Below, in pieces: positions 42,423 through 56,390 of a stretch of DNA of 64,000 nt; the stretch's first letter is position 1, and each line of letters begins with the position of its first letter. Source of the stretch: the human T2T-CHM13v2.0 reference genome, Homo sapiens. Where the stretch lies: the NCBI RefSeq assembly GCF_009914755.1, contig NC_060928.1, one strand, 5' to 3'. The translations under genes were made by a program, and so were the position numbers. The notes below the pieces were generated by a model. It was not told the origin of the DNA. It was given only the letters and a program-made list of their open reading frames with translations, and did no database searches.

Positions 42423-43673
42423 ATTAATATGGTAATTAAGTCTATATGTTTGATCTATATGTTTCATGTGGCTTAAAAAAATACAAAAAAGTACTTTTTG
42501 AAGAAAAACTATTTGTTTAAAAAGTGGATTGTTTTGTAAGGTTTTCCATATTATCAATTTTGTAAATTGCACCCAAAGGTGCCCCTTTCCTATGTTCTAT
42601 ATTTCCTCTACACTTACAGAGAGATCAAATCTAGGTTTGATTTTTTAAAAGAGTACTACTTATTGATAGGTAATGCCACATACATCTTAAAGGCATCACA
42701 TCAAACGTGCTTCTGGTTGTCTCTTTCGAGGTAATATTAATACTGACTCAGGTGTTATCACCCTTTTCCTTTCAATATAAAATTTCCCAGCAACCTTTCA
42801 CATAAAAGGCAGCCCTTGAAGATCATTGCCTCAATTTACTATTTCATTACGGTTTACAAACTGATGATATTCCAACTCTATTAACCTTTCTGCATTTATT
42901 TTCTGAAATTCTTCTGTAAATAGTAACATTTCCTTATAACCTATTAGGTTACTGTAATTCATAGATCTAGTGGGAAAGGTTAAATAAATATTTGATGCTT
43001 TTTCTTAGCAGTTTTCAGAATAATAATGAGGTGGTTTGTAAGCAAATCCAAATGTGAACAGCTTTGTTAGAATGTTTTTGTTTACTATCATTAATAACTC
43101 ATAGATTTTAACATATTTGTTACCTTTCACTCGACTGTAGTTTTTATTCTTTCCATTGTTTAAATTAGCCCATATTTTGCTCATGGGAGCCCCTTCAGTA
43201 TGGCTCAAATATCTTTTTATATGACCCCATAAGTACTTACTTTTTGTCTTTTTGTACTTCAGACTCATCTTGCATTTCGTATTTCAGATTGAAGTTACAT
43301 ATTGCTGCTGTCTGCTCCTTTTTAGTGAAAAATGGCATATACAGGACACTGTATGAGAACATAGGGATGCTCATTATTACTGGGTGATCATTTTTCTTAG
43401 ACCTATTTAGAGAAAATACATTACATTCACTGATATTGCTAATTCAAATTTAAAATGATGGTATTTTTACTAAGTTTTTGTTTCTTCTACACCTATGTTA
43501 TGGTTCCCAATAACTTTAATGTAAATACTTGTTTGTTTTATCCACATATCATTTTATATTGGTATTTGAAATACATTGTATATTATTTTAAAAACTACAT
43601 CATATTTTATTTTGTATGTAATATGTACAATTGAAAAGAGTGATTCCAGTATTATTACTAATAATAGTATTGA

Positions 43674-44002
<329 letters not shown>

Positions 44003-46029
44003 AATGTTTGTTTTTTTTTAACCTTAAGATATATTCTACTGTCTATGCTGCATATATTGCTGTGTCTTAAAGCCACTTGAAATGATTCTTTTCTATAGCA
44101 TTAGACCATAACATATTAATCATAGTTAATCTTAAATTCTGACAGTCTTGGCATGTAGGTCAAATCTGAGTCTGGTTCTGTGGATTGCTTTTCTCTTGAC
44201 AATTAGTAGTTTTCTCATGTGTTTTGGTGTGTCATAGTTTTCATTAAATAATGAGCACCACCTACACATTAATAGTAGAGATTGAAGTAATTTCAACGCA
44301 CACCTCTTTTTATGTCAGATTGCAAATAGGTGTGGTTGAAGCAATTGAATGAGTTGAGCTGGGCTTGGTGCACCACAGACTTCCAATTACTCAAGATGAA
44401 ATGCTGCTACTTGGTGTTTAGTGTGAGTCTTAAATAATCTGAGCGTTTCTATCAGTGTTTTTGCTGCACCCTCAGCTTTTGCTGAGGCCCTGCACCTGTA
44501 TGACACAGATGCAGAAGTTAGACATAACCCAGGAAATCAGCGGCTGTTGTTTGTTACTTAACTCAAAGCTCATGATTAGGAGCAGATGGGGTTGCGCAGC
44601 TCTGCGCCAGCCACAGTCTTAGGGAGGCCATTTGTGCTTTTGGCTCAAGGGAGGGGCTTTCTCAGCGTTTCTGACACTTTCCCATGGTGGCTGAAATCTG
44701 CTTTGAGCCAGAGGAGTGTTTTGGGGAGCGCTCTGGTGTTGGAGCAAGTTTCCTGTCCCTTCTCTTGGCTGTAGCTGATCTCTGCTTCATGTTGGTGCAG
44801 AATTCTTGGTATGCAAAGGCTCTTTACCCTTTCCACATCAGCAGATGGCTGTGTTGGCTTTTATAATTTCTATTTTAAACACTGGATACAGTGACCTTAT
44901 TGTTTTTCTGTTTGTGGATCCCAATGTCATCTTTGTTGTTTTGCTCACACTCTTAGGGTGCCTTGTTACATCACGTGTTCATAATTTTTATTGATAGTTC
45001 ATATTTTGTTAAACATAATCTGTGGGAATTCTGAAGATATAAATTATGTGTGCCTTCAATCAGAAAGTATTTCTACTTGGTTCTGATGGGGAGTAAACTG
45101 TGCTATAGATCCAGAATGATTTAATCTCTTTCAAGGAGCCCGTCTCATCTTGGGAGATGCACCTTCCCATATAGCTACAAGCCATTGTATGCCCCTAAGA
45201 TAACTGAATTTAATGTTTGCTTAAAACTCACTATTCTGTTTCAGCTGTATACATTATACTTTTCGTCAGTTTTATTTTCTTGTCTATGCATATTTTCCTT
45301 AAAATGTTAATATATCAAAAAGATGATAAGTGAATGAGTTACAATTCAGGCAGATGATAGTTCTCACGTTTATGTTTTTAGATGTATTAATTCTTTTCCT
45401 TCTTGTAGCAACTCTGTGAGATTTTGAACTTTATTTTCAATATAAATAAATGCAGGATCTAAGAGTTTAAGTAGGTAAATTGATCTGAACTTATAGGACA
45501 AATAAGTTGATAGTAAATCCAGCTCTTTTCTCAACAAGTTACTTTTTTTTTAACTAACAAATGATAAATACTTTTCTTTTCTTTTGGCATCTTTTCCCTA
45601 GGCAGACTGATTCTTGAGTCTGATTACTAAGGATGGGCACTTTCTGAAATGCTGGCAGGCTTAATGAAATGATGTGCTGTAATATCATTTTATTCAAACA
45701 GAGAGAAAACGTATTATGATAAATGTATTAAGCATATATATATTTGTAAATATTTGGGCCATATACTATTTCTCTAATGGAATATGGCTAATAAGAGGAA
45801 ATCTTCACTTCCTTGTTAAAATTTCCTACTTTAGATCTTTGCAATATTTTCTGAAATTTATTTCTCTGTATCAGATTCTTCTAGTAATATGAGCTTTACT
45901 TCATATTCATACATGAATAAAATATTCTCATTATACCTCACAAAACATTATGAGGGCCTAATAATATAAAATAGGTATTGGCTACATTGTTAAAAATATT
46001 TGTATGCATGAGATAATAGTACTATAATA

Positions 46030-46530
46030 ATTAGTTTCATGTTCATGCAGCAACATATTCCAAAAATTATAATGGCTTAAGCAATATGGAAGTTTCTCTC
46101 TCTTTCATGTAAAAGAAGCCTGGAGATAACCAGTTTAGTGGAGGTGTTATGCTCCACAGCTGAGGGAGTTGGGCTTTTTCTGCTGCATTTTTCCACCATC
46201 CTAAGGTTTGCTTTCAATTTTCAAGGTCATCTAACTGTGCTAAATGGCTGCCAGAGTTCTAATTATCATGTTTTCATTTCCAACAGCAGAAACAGAAGAG
46301 AAGGAGAAAAAGGGGTGGGAGATTGAATACACTAGCAGTCTTTTAAGAGAGGTTTCCTGAAAACCCCATGCAACTTCCCTTATGGCTCACTGGCCAGATA
46401 TTAGTCAAATGGATACCTCCAGTGGCAATGGGATTTGTGAAAGGCAGTATTTACTCTAAACAGTTAAAATATAGAATTATGTAAAAAGAAGGCAAAAATG
46501 CACATTGGGCTAGTCAGCTAGCATTCCCTG
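46030..46530 (-). mobile_element. Old MLT1(J/K)-like LTR
   Basis: aatggcttaagcaatatggaagttt, tttcatgtaaaagaagcctggag, ctcactggccaga...agtcaaatgg. Confidence 0.55.
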
Positions 46531-47584
46531 CAAAAAAAAAAAAAAAGTTAGGCATCTATAAACATAACACACGATTACTTTATTTCACTTTAATTTTTAC
46601 AAAAATCATTCAAGATTCAAATAATCTGTTACTTAATTCTTTAAGAACCCCATAGAGCAGAAAGAAATTTCTCTACCCTTGGTTTTTGCTTAGGATATAT
46701 ATTACAAAACTCAGGCTCAGAGATTGTATGAGATGCCTAAGATAATATTGTTTTTAAAGGCAGAATTACATGCTCTTTCTCGAGGGATATAAGTAAAGAA
46801 CACTACATTAAGTGTCACAAATCTGAGATTTTTAAAATTTTTTTCCCTGTAACCTTATACCTCTCTGAGCTTCAATACTTTCAGCTAAATATAAGCACTC
46901 TAATTCTTAGAGTTATGAATTGCAAATGAGAAAATGCAAGAAAAATGCCGTGACAGCAAGGGAGTGCTGAAAACCAATATGCAACAGAATAGTAGGATCC
47001 ATCCATCTGTTACAAGTTATTAAAATAATTAATATACAAGAAATATTGTGCACATATTGTCTAAAGCATTGCTAACAATTGATAAATATTTGTTAAAAAT
47101 TAAAAGTGAATATTTGTAATATATATGATATTTTGTTTTTATCAATGCACTTTTCTCTGCATTTTCAGGTACATGAACAATGTACCTGAATGGATGCCTT
47201 AGGCATCCATTATCTTAGTGTTGTGGATAGGTGGGGAAATTCAGTTTGCTAAGGTAACTGGAAAGCAAAGGGAATAAGTTAAAATTAAGCTTCTAAATTA
47301 AAAAATAATACTTTTCAGAATTATCAGAATTTCTTTGGAGTAGAAAATTTCTGTAAATGTACTTCTCATTTTATGTAGTTACAGCTAGTCGAGTTACTAG
47401 TCCACAGAGTTTTTCCATAGTATAGTTAGGATATCAGTTTCTGTGAGGACTCTTAGCCAATAAAGCTTGTTATACTAAGATGGAAGGGCTCTTGTGTAGA
47501 GAAATTTAAGAACTTGAAATGCTCACCTTCCAGTAGGAGGTATAGGAAACTGTGTTCAGATGTTTGTCCAGATCTTTGTCTCAG

Positions 47585-47908
47585 ACCCACTCATAATCTG
47601 GGTGGGCACAATCTAATCAGCTGCCAGTGTGGCTAGAATATAAGCAGGCAGAAAAATGTGAAAAGAGAGACTGGCCTAGCCCCCTGGCCTACATCTTTTT
47701 CCCATGCTGGATGATTCCTGTCCTCGAACAATGGACTCCAGGTTCTTCAGTTCTGGGACTGGAACTGGCTCTCCTTACTCCGCAGCTTGCAGACAGCCTA
47801 TTGTGGGTCCATGTTATTGTGTAAGTTAATACTTAATATTAACTCCCCTTTATATATATTTATATATACTAGTTAGTTCTGTCCCTCTAGAGAACTTTGA
47901 CTAACACA
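47585..47908 (+). mobile_element. MLT2A LTR, 5'-truncated
   Basis: aatctgggtgggcacaatctaatcagctgcc...gttctgtccctctagagaactttgactaacaca; homologous to 7434-8425. Confidence 0.9.
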
Positions 47909-49285
47909 GTCATGTATCTGCATATGTATTTATATATATATATGTGTGTTTGCACTAATATGAACTGACATTTGATCTTTTTATATGTGCATTTTTATGT
48001 TTAAAAATAAGAGAATTGAAAGGTCATTATAACAGGTAATAGTGTCACAGAGATAAGGGTGTGCTCACTACAAAAACAAAAACGAAAAACGTGGTTTTTT
48101 TCTTTGTAACACTGATGAAATTCTTTGCAAACTTTTCTGTGTAGTCACAATTAATAATCTTAGAAAATTCCATTATCTGCTGAGAAAAATACTCTCAGAA
48201 GACTCTGACAAACCTAAACTTTCAAGATAAATAGGGATGAATACCCCAGCATTTTTCATGGGCAGCATTCATATCTAAAATAAAAAGAGAATACAGTTTA
48301 TGCAAATATTTATTATTTAGTTATTACATAATGCCATAGAGGCATTGAATGGATGGAAAGAGAAAAACAGAAAGCATTTTAACAGTTTGAGAGCTCATGG
48401 ACCATTCTACCCTTCCTAGTATAGAGAAATATCCAGCTTTTTTTCCTAAAAAAAAAAGCCTTATGCCAATATGTCTGAATAATATTTCATTTAACCTTGA
48501 GGTCCTCTGCTCCTCCAGTGGATCCCTTTCTAAAGACCAGCATATTAAATATAAATTATGAAACTTGGAACATACAGATTTATACTATAGGAACTTATTT
48601 TCAACTTTATAGCCTCTTTATATCTTAGATAAATGTCCTATCCTGAAAGACACATTATGGCTATTTCCTTCAAATCCTTGCACTTTTCTACATTTCTTTA
48701 TTCCACCCTCTGTTCTTAAAGCAATCATGTTCTTAAAGCAATCGTGTTACTAGGCCCAAATTTAAAAACAGAAAAATCACTCAAGTCATTCCTGACAATG
48801 TTCACTGCATACGATTCCTCTTTCTTCTAAACTCTTACAGCTTTTTATTATGTGCCTCTATCACGAGTATCCAAAAGCGTGTATCATATATATTATTTGT
48901 ATGTCTTCACCATAAGCTATTTAGGCGGGAACATGGTTTATAAATCTTTGCACCACTTCTTCTTTACCTTATAATACCTAGAACAATGCATTGAGTTGTG
49001 TGAAAAAATATTTGATTGTTCAAAACTATCTAGAACTTACTTAGGGATGTTTAATACATTACTCACATTTAATTTCACATACCATAGCCATTAATAGCCT
49101 GAATAAACAAAGCTATCAAACCAAAATTCTCACACACACAACAGACATTCATATTGAGGCAGACACCACACAAACACTAGGTAAAAACGTTAATATTGTA
49201 TGCTTGGCAAAACTTTTACTTATTTCCAAACCGAATTATCCGCAGATACGATTAGGTAGCAAGAGTCACTATAAGAACAGTTAAG

Positions 49286-49599
49286 AGCAGGGTGAGGTGG
49301 CTCACACCTGTAATCCCAGCACTTTGGGAGGCCAAGGCAGGTGGATCATTTGAGGTCAGGATTTCGAGACCAGCCTGATCAACACGGTGAAACCCCGTGT
49401 CTACTAAAAATAAAAAAATTAGCTGGGCATGGTGGTGCATGCCTGCAATCTCAGCTACTCAGGAGGCTGAGCCAGGAGAATCGGTTGAACTCAGGAGGTG
49501 GAGGTTGCAGTGAGCCGAGATCTTGCTACTGGTCTCCAGCCTGGTGGCAGATGAGACTCCATCTCAAAAAATAAGAATAAATAAAAAATAATAAAAATA
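49286..49599 (+). mobile_element. AluS (Sx/Sz-like)
   Basis: Full dimer with an A-rich tail. Confidence 0.93.
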
Positions 49600-50894
49600 A
49601 ACCATTTAAGAATTAGGACAAAAAGGCAGTGAAATTTAAAGAAACTTTCCCAAAGATAACTGTATTTTGCTTTTCTGTCAAATGAAATACTGCCTTCGTA
49701 TTTCTAGTTTTAGTATACCATAGGTTGTATGTCTGCCACATCCTCATATATATGAAATTTCAGCTGCTCTTATTAGGCTTTTAGATGAGCAATAACGGCC
49801 CCATGGCAGAGACCTTTCACTGACAAGAACCTGTGGAAGAGGCCTGTGAATTTCCTTCTTCATTCTCATTCCTGAGTCAGGCTATTTCAGGGAAGCCTTT
49901 TGCAAATATAAGAAGTTGCCATAAGACCTTTAAAAACAGTCGCTGGCTAATGAATGCAATATCTGTGAAACCACTTGTACTACTCTGCCCCTGTAGAGAT
50001 TAATGTTACTAAACATACTGTACTATCATGAGAGGAAAAGTGATGTATGTACGCGTGTATTTATCATATATAAACTTAATGCTGGAATAGCTGTATTAAA
50101 ACTTGAATAGCATTTTCCCAAGATGACTTAGACTTTGTGTATTTTAGCAACTTTCTGGTTTTATGTCACTTTCAGGTAGCTGATACAGACTTCCGAATGT
50201 TAATATTATGACCTCAATGTACAACACTGCAGAGAAAAAATATTTTAAAAAACCACCTTACTTAAACTCTTAAATGTTCCATTCCACTTGCCCAAAAAGC
50301 TCTGAAAAAAGCTTTCTGTTTTATAAGAACAAAACAATTTTTTTCATCTAAAAATTTCTTTTTATGAGAAGAGTCAGAAGGATTTATCTCAAACCTAGAA
50401 AAAAATATTTTTATCCAAAGGGCAATGCTATTCTGAAAAATTTGCCCAGGCACTAAAGCCCTTAGTGAAGTAACTTACTAGAAATTCTATTCATACACAC
50501 AAATGAATAAATCTGTCCAGAACGCTTCTGAGAAATGAGATATTTGTCTGGTAGGACAATTCCCTGAAAAGACAATGATAGAGATGGGTCTGGGGGAAAT
50601 CGTCAGGCCCTCTATATTCCCTCTTCCCTATTCTGTGCAAAACTCCATGTCATTACACCATATCTGTATCAAAAGAGAAAAGGGAATATGTGATATATAA
50701 ACATTGTATATATTTATAAAGTATACATTATAATCTGTTTAAGGTAATAAGGAAAAATTTTGCTAAAATACTATGCATAACTTATAAGCCACGACAGTGA
50801 CCTGACAATACTTCATTTGTCTAAGCAGGGGCTCAAAGAATATAAAGGAGAGTTGGAATAACCCAAAAATGACTGAGGAAAGTCAGATTGCTAC

Positions 50895-52442
50895 TGAGAG
50901 GTGACAGCGTGCCGGCAGTCCTCACAGCCCTGGCTCACTCTCCGCGCCTCCTCTGCCTATGCTCCCACTTTGGCGGCACTTGAGGAGCCCTTCAGCCCAC
51001 CGCTGCACTGTGGGAGCCCCTTTCTGGGCAGGCCAAGGCCAGAGCCGGCTCCCTCAGCTTGCAGGGAGGTGTGGAGGGAGAGGCGCAAGCGGGAACCGGG
51101 GCTGCGCGCGGCGCTTGCGGGCCAGCTGGAGTTCCGGGCGGGCGGGGGCTTAGCGGGCCCCGCACTCGGAGCAGCCGGCCGGCCCTACCGGCCCCGGGCA
51201 ATGAGTAACTTAGCACCCGGGCCAGCGGCTGCGGAGGGTGTACTGGGTACCCCAGCAGTGCCAGCCCACCGGCGCTGCGCTCGATTTCTCACCGGGCCTT
51301 AGCTGCCTTCCCGCGGGGCAGGGCTCGGGACCTGCAGGCCGCCATGCCTGAGCCTCCCACTCCTTCCATGGGCTCCTGTGCTGCCGGAGCCTCCTCGACG
51401 AGTGCCACCCCCTGCTCCACGGCGCCCAGTCGGATCGACCACCCAAGGGCTGAGGAGTGCAAGCACACGGCGCGGGACTGGCAGGCAGCTCCACCTGCAG
51501 CCCTGGTGTGGGATCCACTGGGTGAAGCCAGCTGGGCTCCTGAGTCTGGTGGGGAGGTGGAGAACCTTTATGTCTAGCTCAGGGATTGTAAACACACCAA
51601 TCAGCACCCTGTGTCTAGCTCAGGGTTTGTGAGTGCACCAATCAACACTCTGTATCTAGCTGCTCTGGTGGGGCCTTAGAGAACCTTTATGTCAAGCTCA
51701 GGGATTGTAAATACACCAATCGGCACTCTCTATCTAGCTCAAGGTTTGTAAACACGCCAGTCAGCACCCTGTGTCTAGCTCAGGGTTTGTGAGTGCACCA
51801 ATCTACACTCTGTATCTAGCTGCTCTGGTGCGGCCTTGGAGAACCTGTGTGTCCATACTATGTATCTAACTAATCTGATGGGGACGTGGAGAACCTTTGT
51901 ATCTAGCTCAGGGACTGTAAACGCACCAATCAGCAACTTGTCAAAACAGGCCACTTGGCTCTACCAATCAGCAGATGTGGGTGGGGCCAGATAAGAGAAT
52001 AAAGGCAGGCTGCCCGAACCAGCAGTGGCAACCCGCTTGGGTCCCCTTCCACGCTGTGCGAGCTTTGTTCTTTTGCTTTTTGCAATAAATCTTGCTACTG
52101 CTCACTCTTTGGGTCCACGCTGCTTTTATGAGCTGTAACACTCACCGCGAAGGTCTGCAGCTTCACTCCTGAAGCCAGTGAGACCACGAGCCCACCGGAA
52201 GGAACGAACAACTCCAGACGCGCCACCTTAAGAGCTGTAACCCTCACCGCGAAGGTCCACGGCTTCATTCCTGAGCCAGCGAGACCACGAACCCACCAGA
52301 AGGAAGAAACTCCAAACACATCCGAACATCAGAAGGAGAAAACTCCAGATGCGCCACCTTAAGAGCTGTAACACTCACCGCGAGGGTCCGCAGCTTCATT
52401 CTTGAAGTCAGTGAGACCAAGAACCCACCAATTCTGGACACG
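50895..52442 (+). mobile_element. LTR12C (ERV9) solo LTR, full length
   Basis: tgagaggtgacagcgtg...gaacccaccaattctggacac; TSD CTAC (50891-50894 and 52443-52446); CpG-rich U3, CCAAT repeats, U5 tandem repeats. Confidence 0.96.
51590..52005 (+). promoter_or_regulatory. LTR12 U3 enhancer/promoter (NF-Y CCAAT array, GC box, GATA, TATA-like)
   Basis: CCAAT at 51597, 51638, 51716, 51798, 51926, 51964; gggtgggg about 51979; GATAAG 51990; AATAAA 51998. Confidence 0.8.
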
Positions 52443-54127
52443 CTACCTCGGTGAGGGAATGAATAAATCAGGTGTCTAGGTGTCAGATTATACATCAGGT
52501 TTATTCCAGTTTGGACGTAATACCTTGAGCAAACCATAATAAAAGGGGACAGTTTACACACAGCTTTCACATAGAATCTTGCAGGGGGTACTTCTCTCTG
52601 ACCACCTGAGAATGAGAAGTTTGCTCTCAGACATCCCTCCCTCAAAAGCAAAAGGGTCCTGTCCATTGAGCCAAAAATCTGAGTTGTCATTTTCTGTAAC
52701 ATACATAGAGGGATGTATGGTAGAGAGACGACTTCTTTTATTTTCTATGTAATCTGTGGGGGTAAGACCATTTGTCACACACAAAATTACTAAGTCCATT
52801 AGTGAGGACTGTTGAAATTGAAGCCCAGCACAGAAATTACAAATACAATGGAAACTGTTCTCTGATTTCACACTCAGGTTCATAGAGACTGTGTATCATT
52901 TTATAGAGCAATTTATTTAGTAGTTTCCTTAAGGAGCACTATCAATTATTTGCATAAAGCTCACTTCCTGAACTATTTCCTTTCAGAGTATACTAAGTAA
53001 CAATTGATTTAATCACCACAGAATTGAAAGAAGTATGCCTGTGGGGAACTGCCGGCTATTTTTAAAACCATATTCTCTACTTCAGTTAAACATAAAAGTG
53101 GTATGTGTTCATGAGGAAAATTTATCCCTGCTTGTATCAGAAGACAAACGGAAACAAAACAAGAAAAAAGAAAAGAAAACATTCCATTCACTTTTATTTG
53201 TAGATCCAGATGAAGGTACCCCAAGCAGCTTGAGATGTGATGATGGAGACCAGTTTGAGAAGACCCATCATCTCTGATTTCCCTCTGATTATGAAGTAAT
53301 ACAACAAAGCTACAGTAAGTGGACTGATACGGTGGTGATTGCAAACTGTTTCTAACTTCTCTCATTTACTGGCTGGTGTCTTTAGAGGTAGCATTGCATT
53401 TCATTGGCATATGTTTTATTTAGTCTTTCTAAATTAAAAAAGTATATATCTGTTATTTTCACACATTAGGAAGTAAGAAAGGATGTTAAAGATACCTATT
53501 TCTGTTTTTAGTAAACAAAGCTTATTGAAAAAGTCTTTTTTGTATTTGCTAAGAATGTTTTTCATTAACAATGGCTATTTTCTAATATTGGAGTACACTG
53601 ATGCTTCCATGGGTCATTGATGTCAGCAAAGCTTGCTTGCCTAGGCATTCTTATTTGTATAAATTATTCTGATGGTAATCCGGCTATTTCCAAACACAGT
53701 GATCTCTTCCGAGTTCATCCTCATTCTTTGTAGCTGGCTCCTTCTTTATGGCCAAATCACTTGGCTCTGGGTGGTTTTGTTTCTATTGCTTCTCAAACTT
53801 CCATTCTAATTTGAATTTGCATTTGTAAAATCACTGCCCAAATTTCTGATCGTAATCTAGCAAGCGTGTAAAGACAATAAAAACAAAAGAAGTTGCATAA
53901 TTTTTATTGTAGAAAAATAAATCCTTCTGTCTTCTGTGATATATTCAATATGAAGAATTTCTTCCTCTCCTAAATTTCTATTGTAATTTTTGGAGCATGT
54001 TTTTTATTTTTGCTTTGCATTATATATAGACATTTGTATGCATATCTTAGCTTCCCCCTTAGATTTTATTCTCCTTCATAATAGAAAAATACTTAATGAA
54101 CGTTATATTCCCTTGCTCATTCTAATA

Positions 54128-54206
54128 TTAGGTTGGTGCAAAAGTAATTGCGGTTTTTGCAATTAAAAGTAATGTAAAAACCACAATTACTTTTGCACCA
54201 ACCTAA
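54128..54206. mobile_element. MADE1 (Hsmar1-derived MITE)
   Basis: ttaggttggtgcaaaagtaattgcggtttttgc...aaaaaccacaattacttttgcaccaacctaa palindrome with TA on both sides. Confidence 0.96.
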
Positions 54207-55234
54207 TAGAATACCTTCAGTGAATATCTGAGAAATGTAAACTGCATGTGCTTTGAGACAAAAATCTTGGTAAATTCTGTGGATTTACAAAATAAAGTTG
54301 AGCAAAGTAATGTCTGAACACAGTAAAAAAAATCTAAAACTTAAAAACAAAATATCAACAAACAAAAAGAATACACTATAAAATACTATACTATAAGTAG
54401 TACCTATAAAATTAAGTTTATAAAGAAAAACAACATCTCCTGTCTCACCTTTCTCAACGCCTAGTCTTCCTCCCCAGAGAGCTATGCTTCCTTTGTTTAA
54501 CTATTTATGCTTTTAATTATTTTTTAGCACTTTTAATATAATTAGTAATTTGCTTATATTTCTATGTCATGACTTTCCAGTTTTAAATATTTCAAATTGA
54601 TTTCTTGTCAGTTGTCAGAATTGACTTGTCAGTAGTTGGCTTATTCACTTGTCATAGGAAAAGTTTGTTGATTTCTATTGTAACCATTTTCTCAACCCTT
54701 TCTTATCTCAATATACTTAGATCAGTATTTTAGTTTATCTGTCACCTCTTAAATAATATACTTGAAGTCAAACTCATATCACTCTTTTAAAAGTGAATCA
54801 CAATAGTAAACTTCTGTTGATAGTGGCTAGTTGCACAGAAAACAACCCTTCACTCCGTATCTTTTACACACAACTTCTGTATTAAAGCCATGAATAATCC
54901 TAGCAAAAACTACATTTTCTGGCATACTTTGAAAGAGAGGTAGCTAATATAATATGAATAGGAAGAGTTTGGTGGTATTTTCATAAAAGCTCTTTAAGGG
55001 AGCTCAGTTTTATAAGTAAATCCTTTTGCCCTTTTCCTTTTCTCCTTCTGAGAGCGGACATGATGGTGCGAACTTGCACGATGGTTTGCACTAATGAGTT
55101 CATACTGGCAATGGAAGAAACATGCTGAGCTAGGATGGCAAAACAGAAAGAGCCTGAAATCTTGATGGCCACTGGAACTGCTGTAATAACCCTCAGTCAT
55201 CAATATCTGAACTGCTCTTAAGAGAGAGAAAAAT

Positions 55235-55558
<324 letters not shown>

Positions 55559-55779
55559 CTAATTATTCAACACGATGCTATACAAGATTTTAGTCATATC
55601 GTCCAAACATATTTTTAAGTGCTATGTTGACAAAATACCATGTATTAACAGAAAACAAACGAACTTAATTTCAGGTAATTGAATGAGGGAAATGAATGGA
55701 TGATACAATTCCTGAAAATTTAAATTTGCATTTTTTTTAGAATATAAGCTTAAAGATAGAGTTAATGGTTTGATATAGA

Positions 55780-55843
55780 ATTAAACACAAGTATGGAAGG
55801 ATAACATATTATTAAACACAAGAGTATGGAAGGATAACATATA
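55780..55843. repeat. Two-copy tandem repeat of 31-33 bp
   Basis: attaaacacaag(ag)tatggaaggataacatat twice. Confidence 0.9.
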
Positions 55844-56149
55844 TTATTATACTAAGGCAAATGTTGTCCCTGGTCTGTCTGATTGAATGATAATTCAATA
55901 AGCAAAGAAGCCAAAACAAACCTCTTAATCTTTGTAAAATTACTGTCAATAAAATTATTATGGTATTCCTTTCAAACTTCCAAGAAAGCTAAAGCTAGTT
56001 CCTATTTAGATGGATCTGGCAACCCCTGATGGATTATAGTAGTATGTGTGTGTAATAGAGACAGAGTGAGAGCACTATTTTATAAGTAATAATTCTGCTA
56101 TAAAAGAAATTATATACAGCATGTGGTCTATTTTATAGCTAATATAATA

Positions 56150-56390
56150 ATAAGCATTTATAATTATACAATGCTATGTTGAAGGCATCATATGTTACTG
56201 TAGGTCACTAACAATATTTCATCTTCAAAACAATCCTATAAGTAGGCACTGTTGTTATTCCATTTGAGGAAACTGAGGCATAGAGATACCTTGTCATTTA
56301 CTCAAAGTCACAGAGCTCATCAATGTTGTTGCTAGAATTCAGATACAGGTAATTTATCTTCAGAGTAAGAACATTTAACCATTTGTCTTC
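56150..56390 (-). mobile_element. MIR
   Basis: caaaacaatcctataagtagg...tgaggaaactgaggcatagaga...tcaaagtcacagagct. Confidence 0.75.

Noticed and set aside
50901-51632. Several overlapping 60-130-aa ORFs
   Set aside because: All lie in the GC-rich LTR12C U3, where stops are rare; no recognisable domain
51550-52400. Regularly spaced repeats resembling a CRISPR-like array
   Set aside because: They are the known LTR12 U3 CCAAT repeats and U5 repeats; the spacers are themselves repetitive, there are no cas genes and the DNA is human
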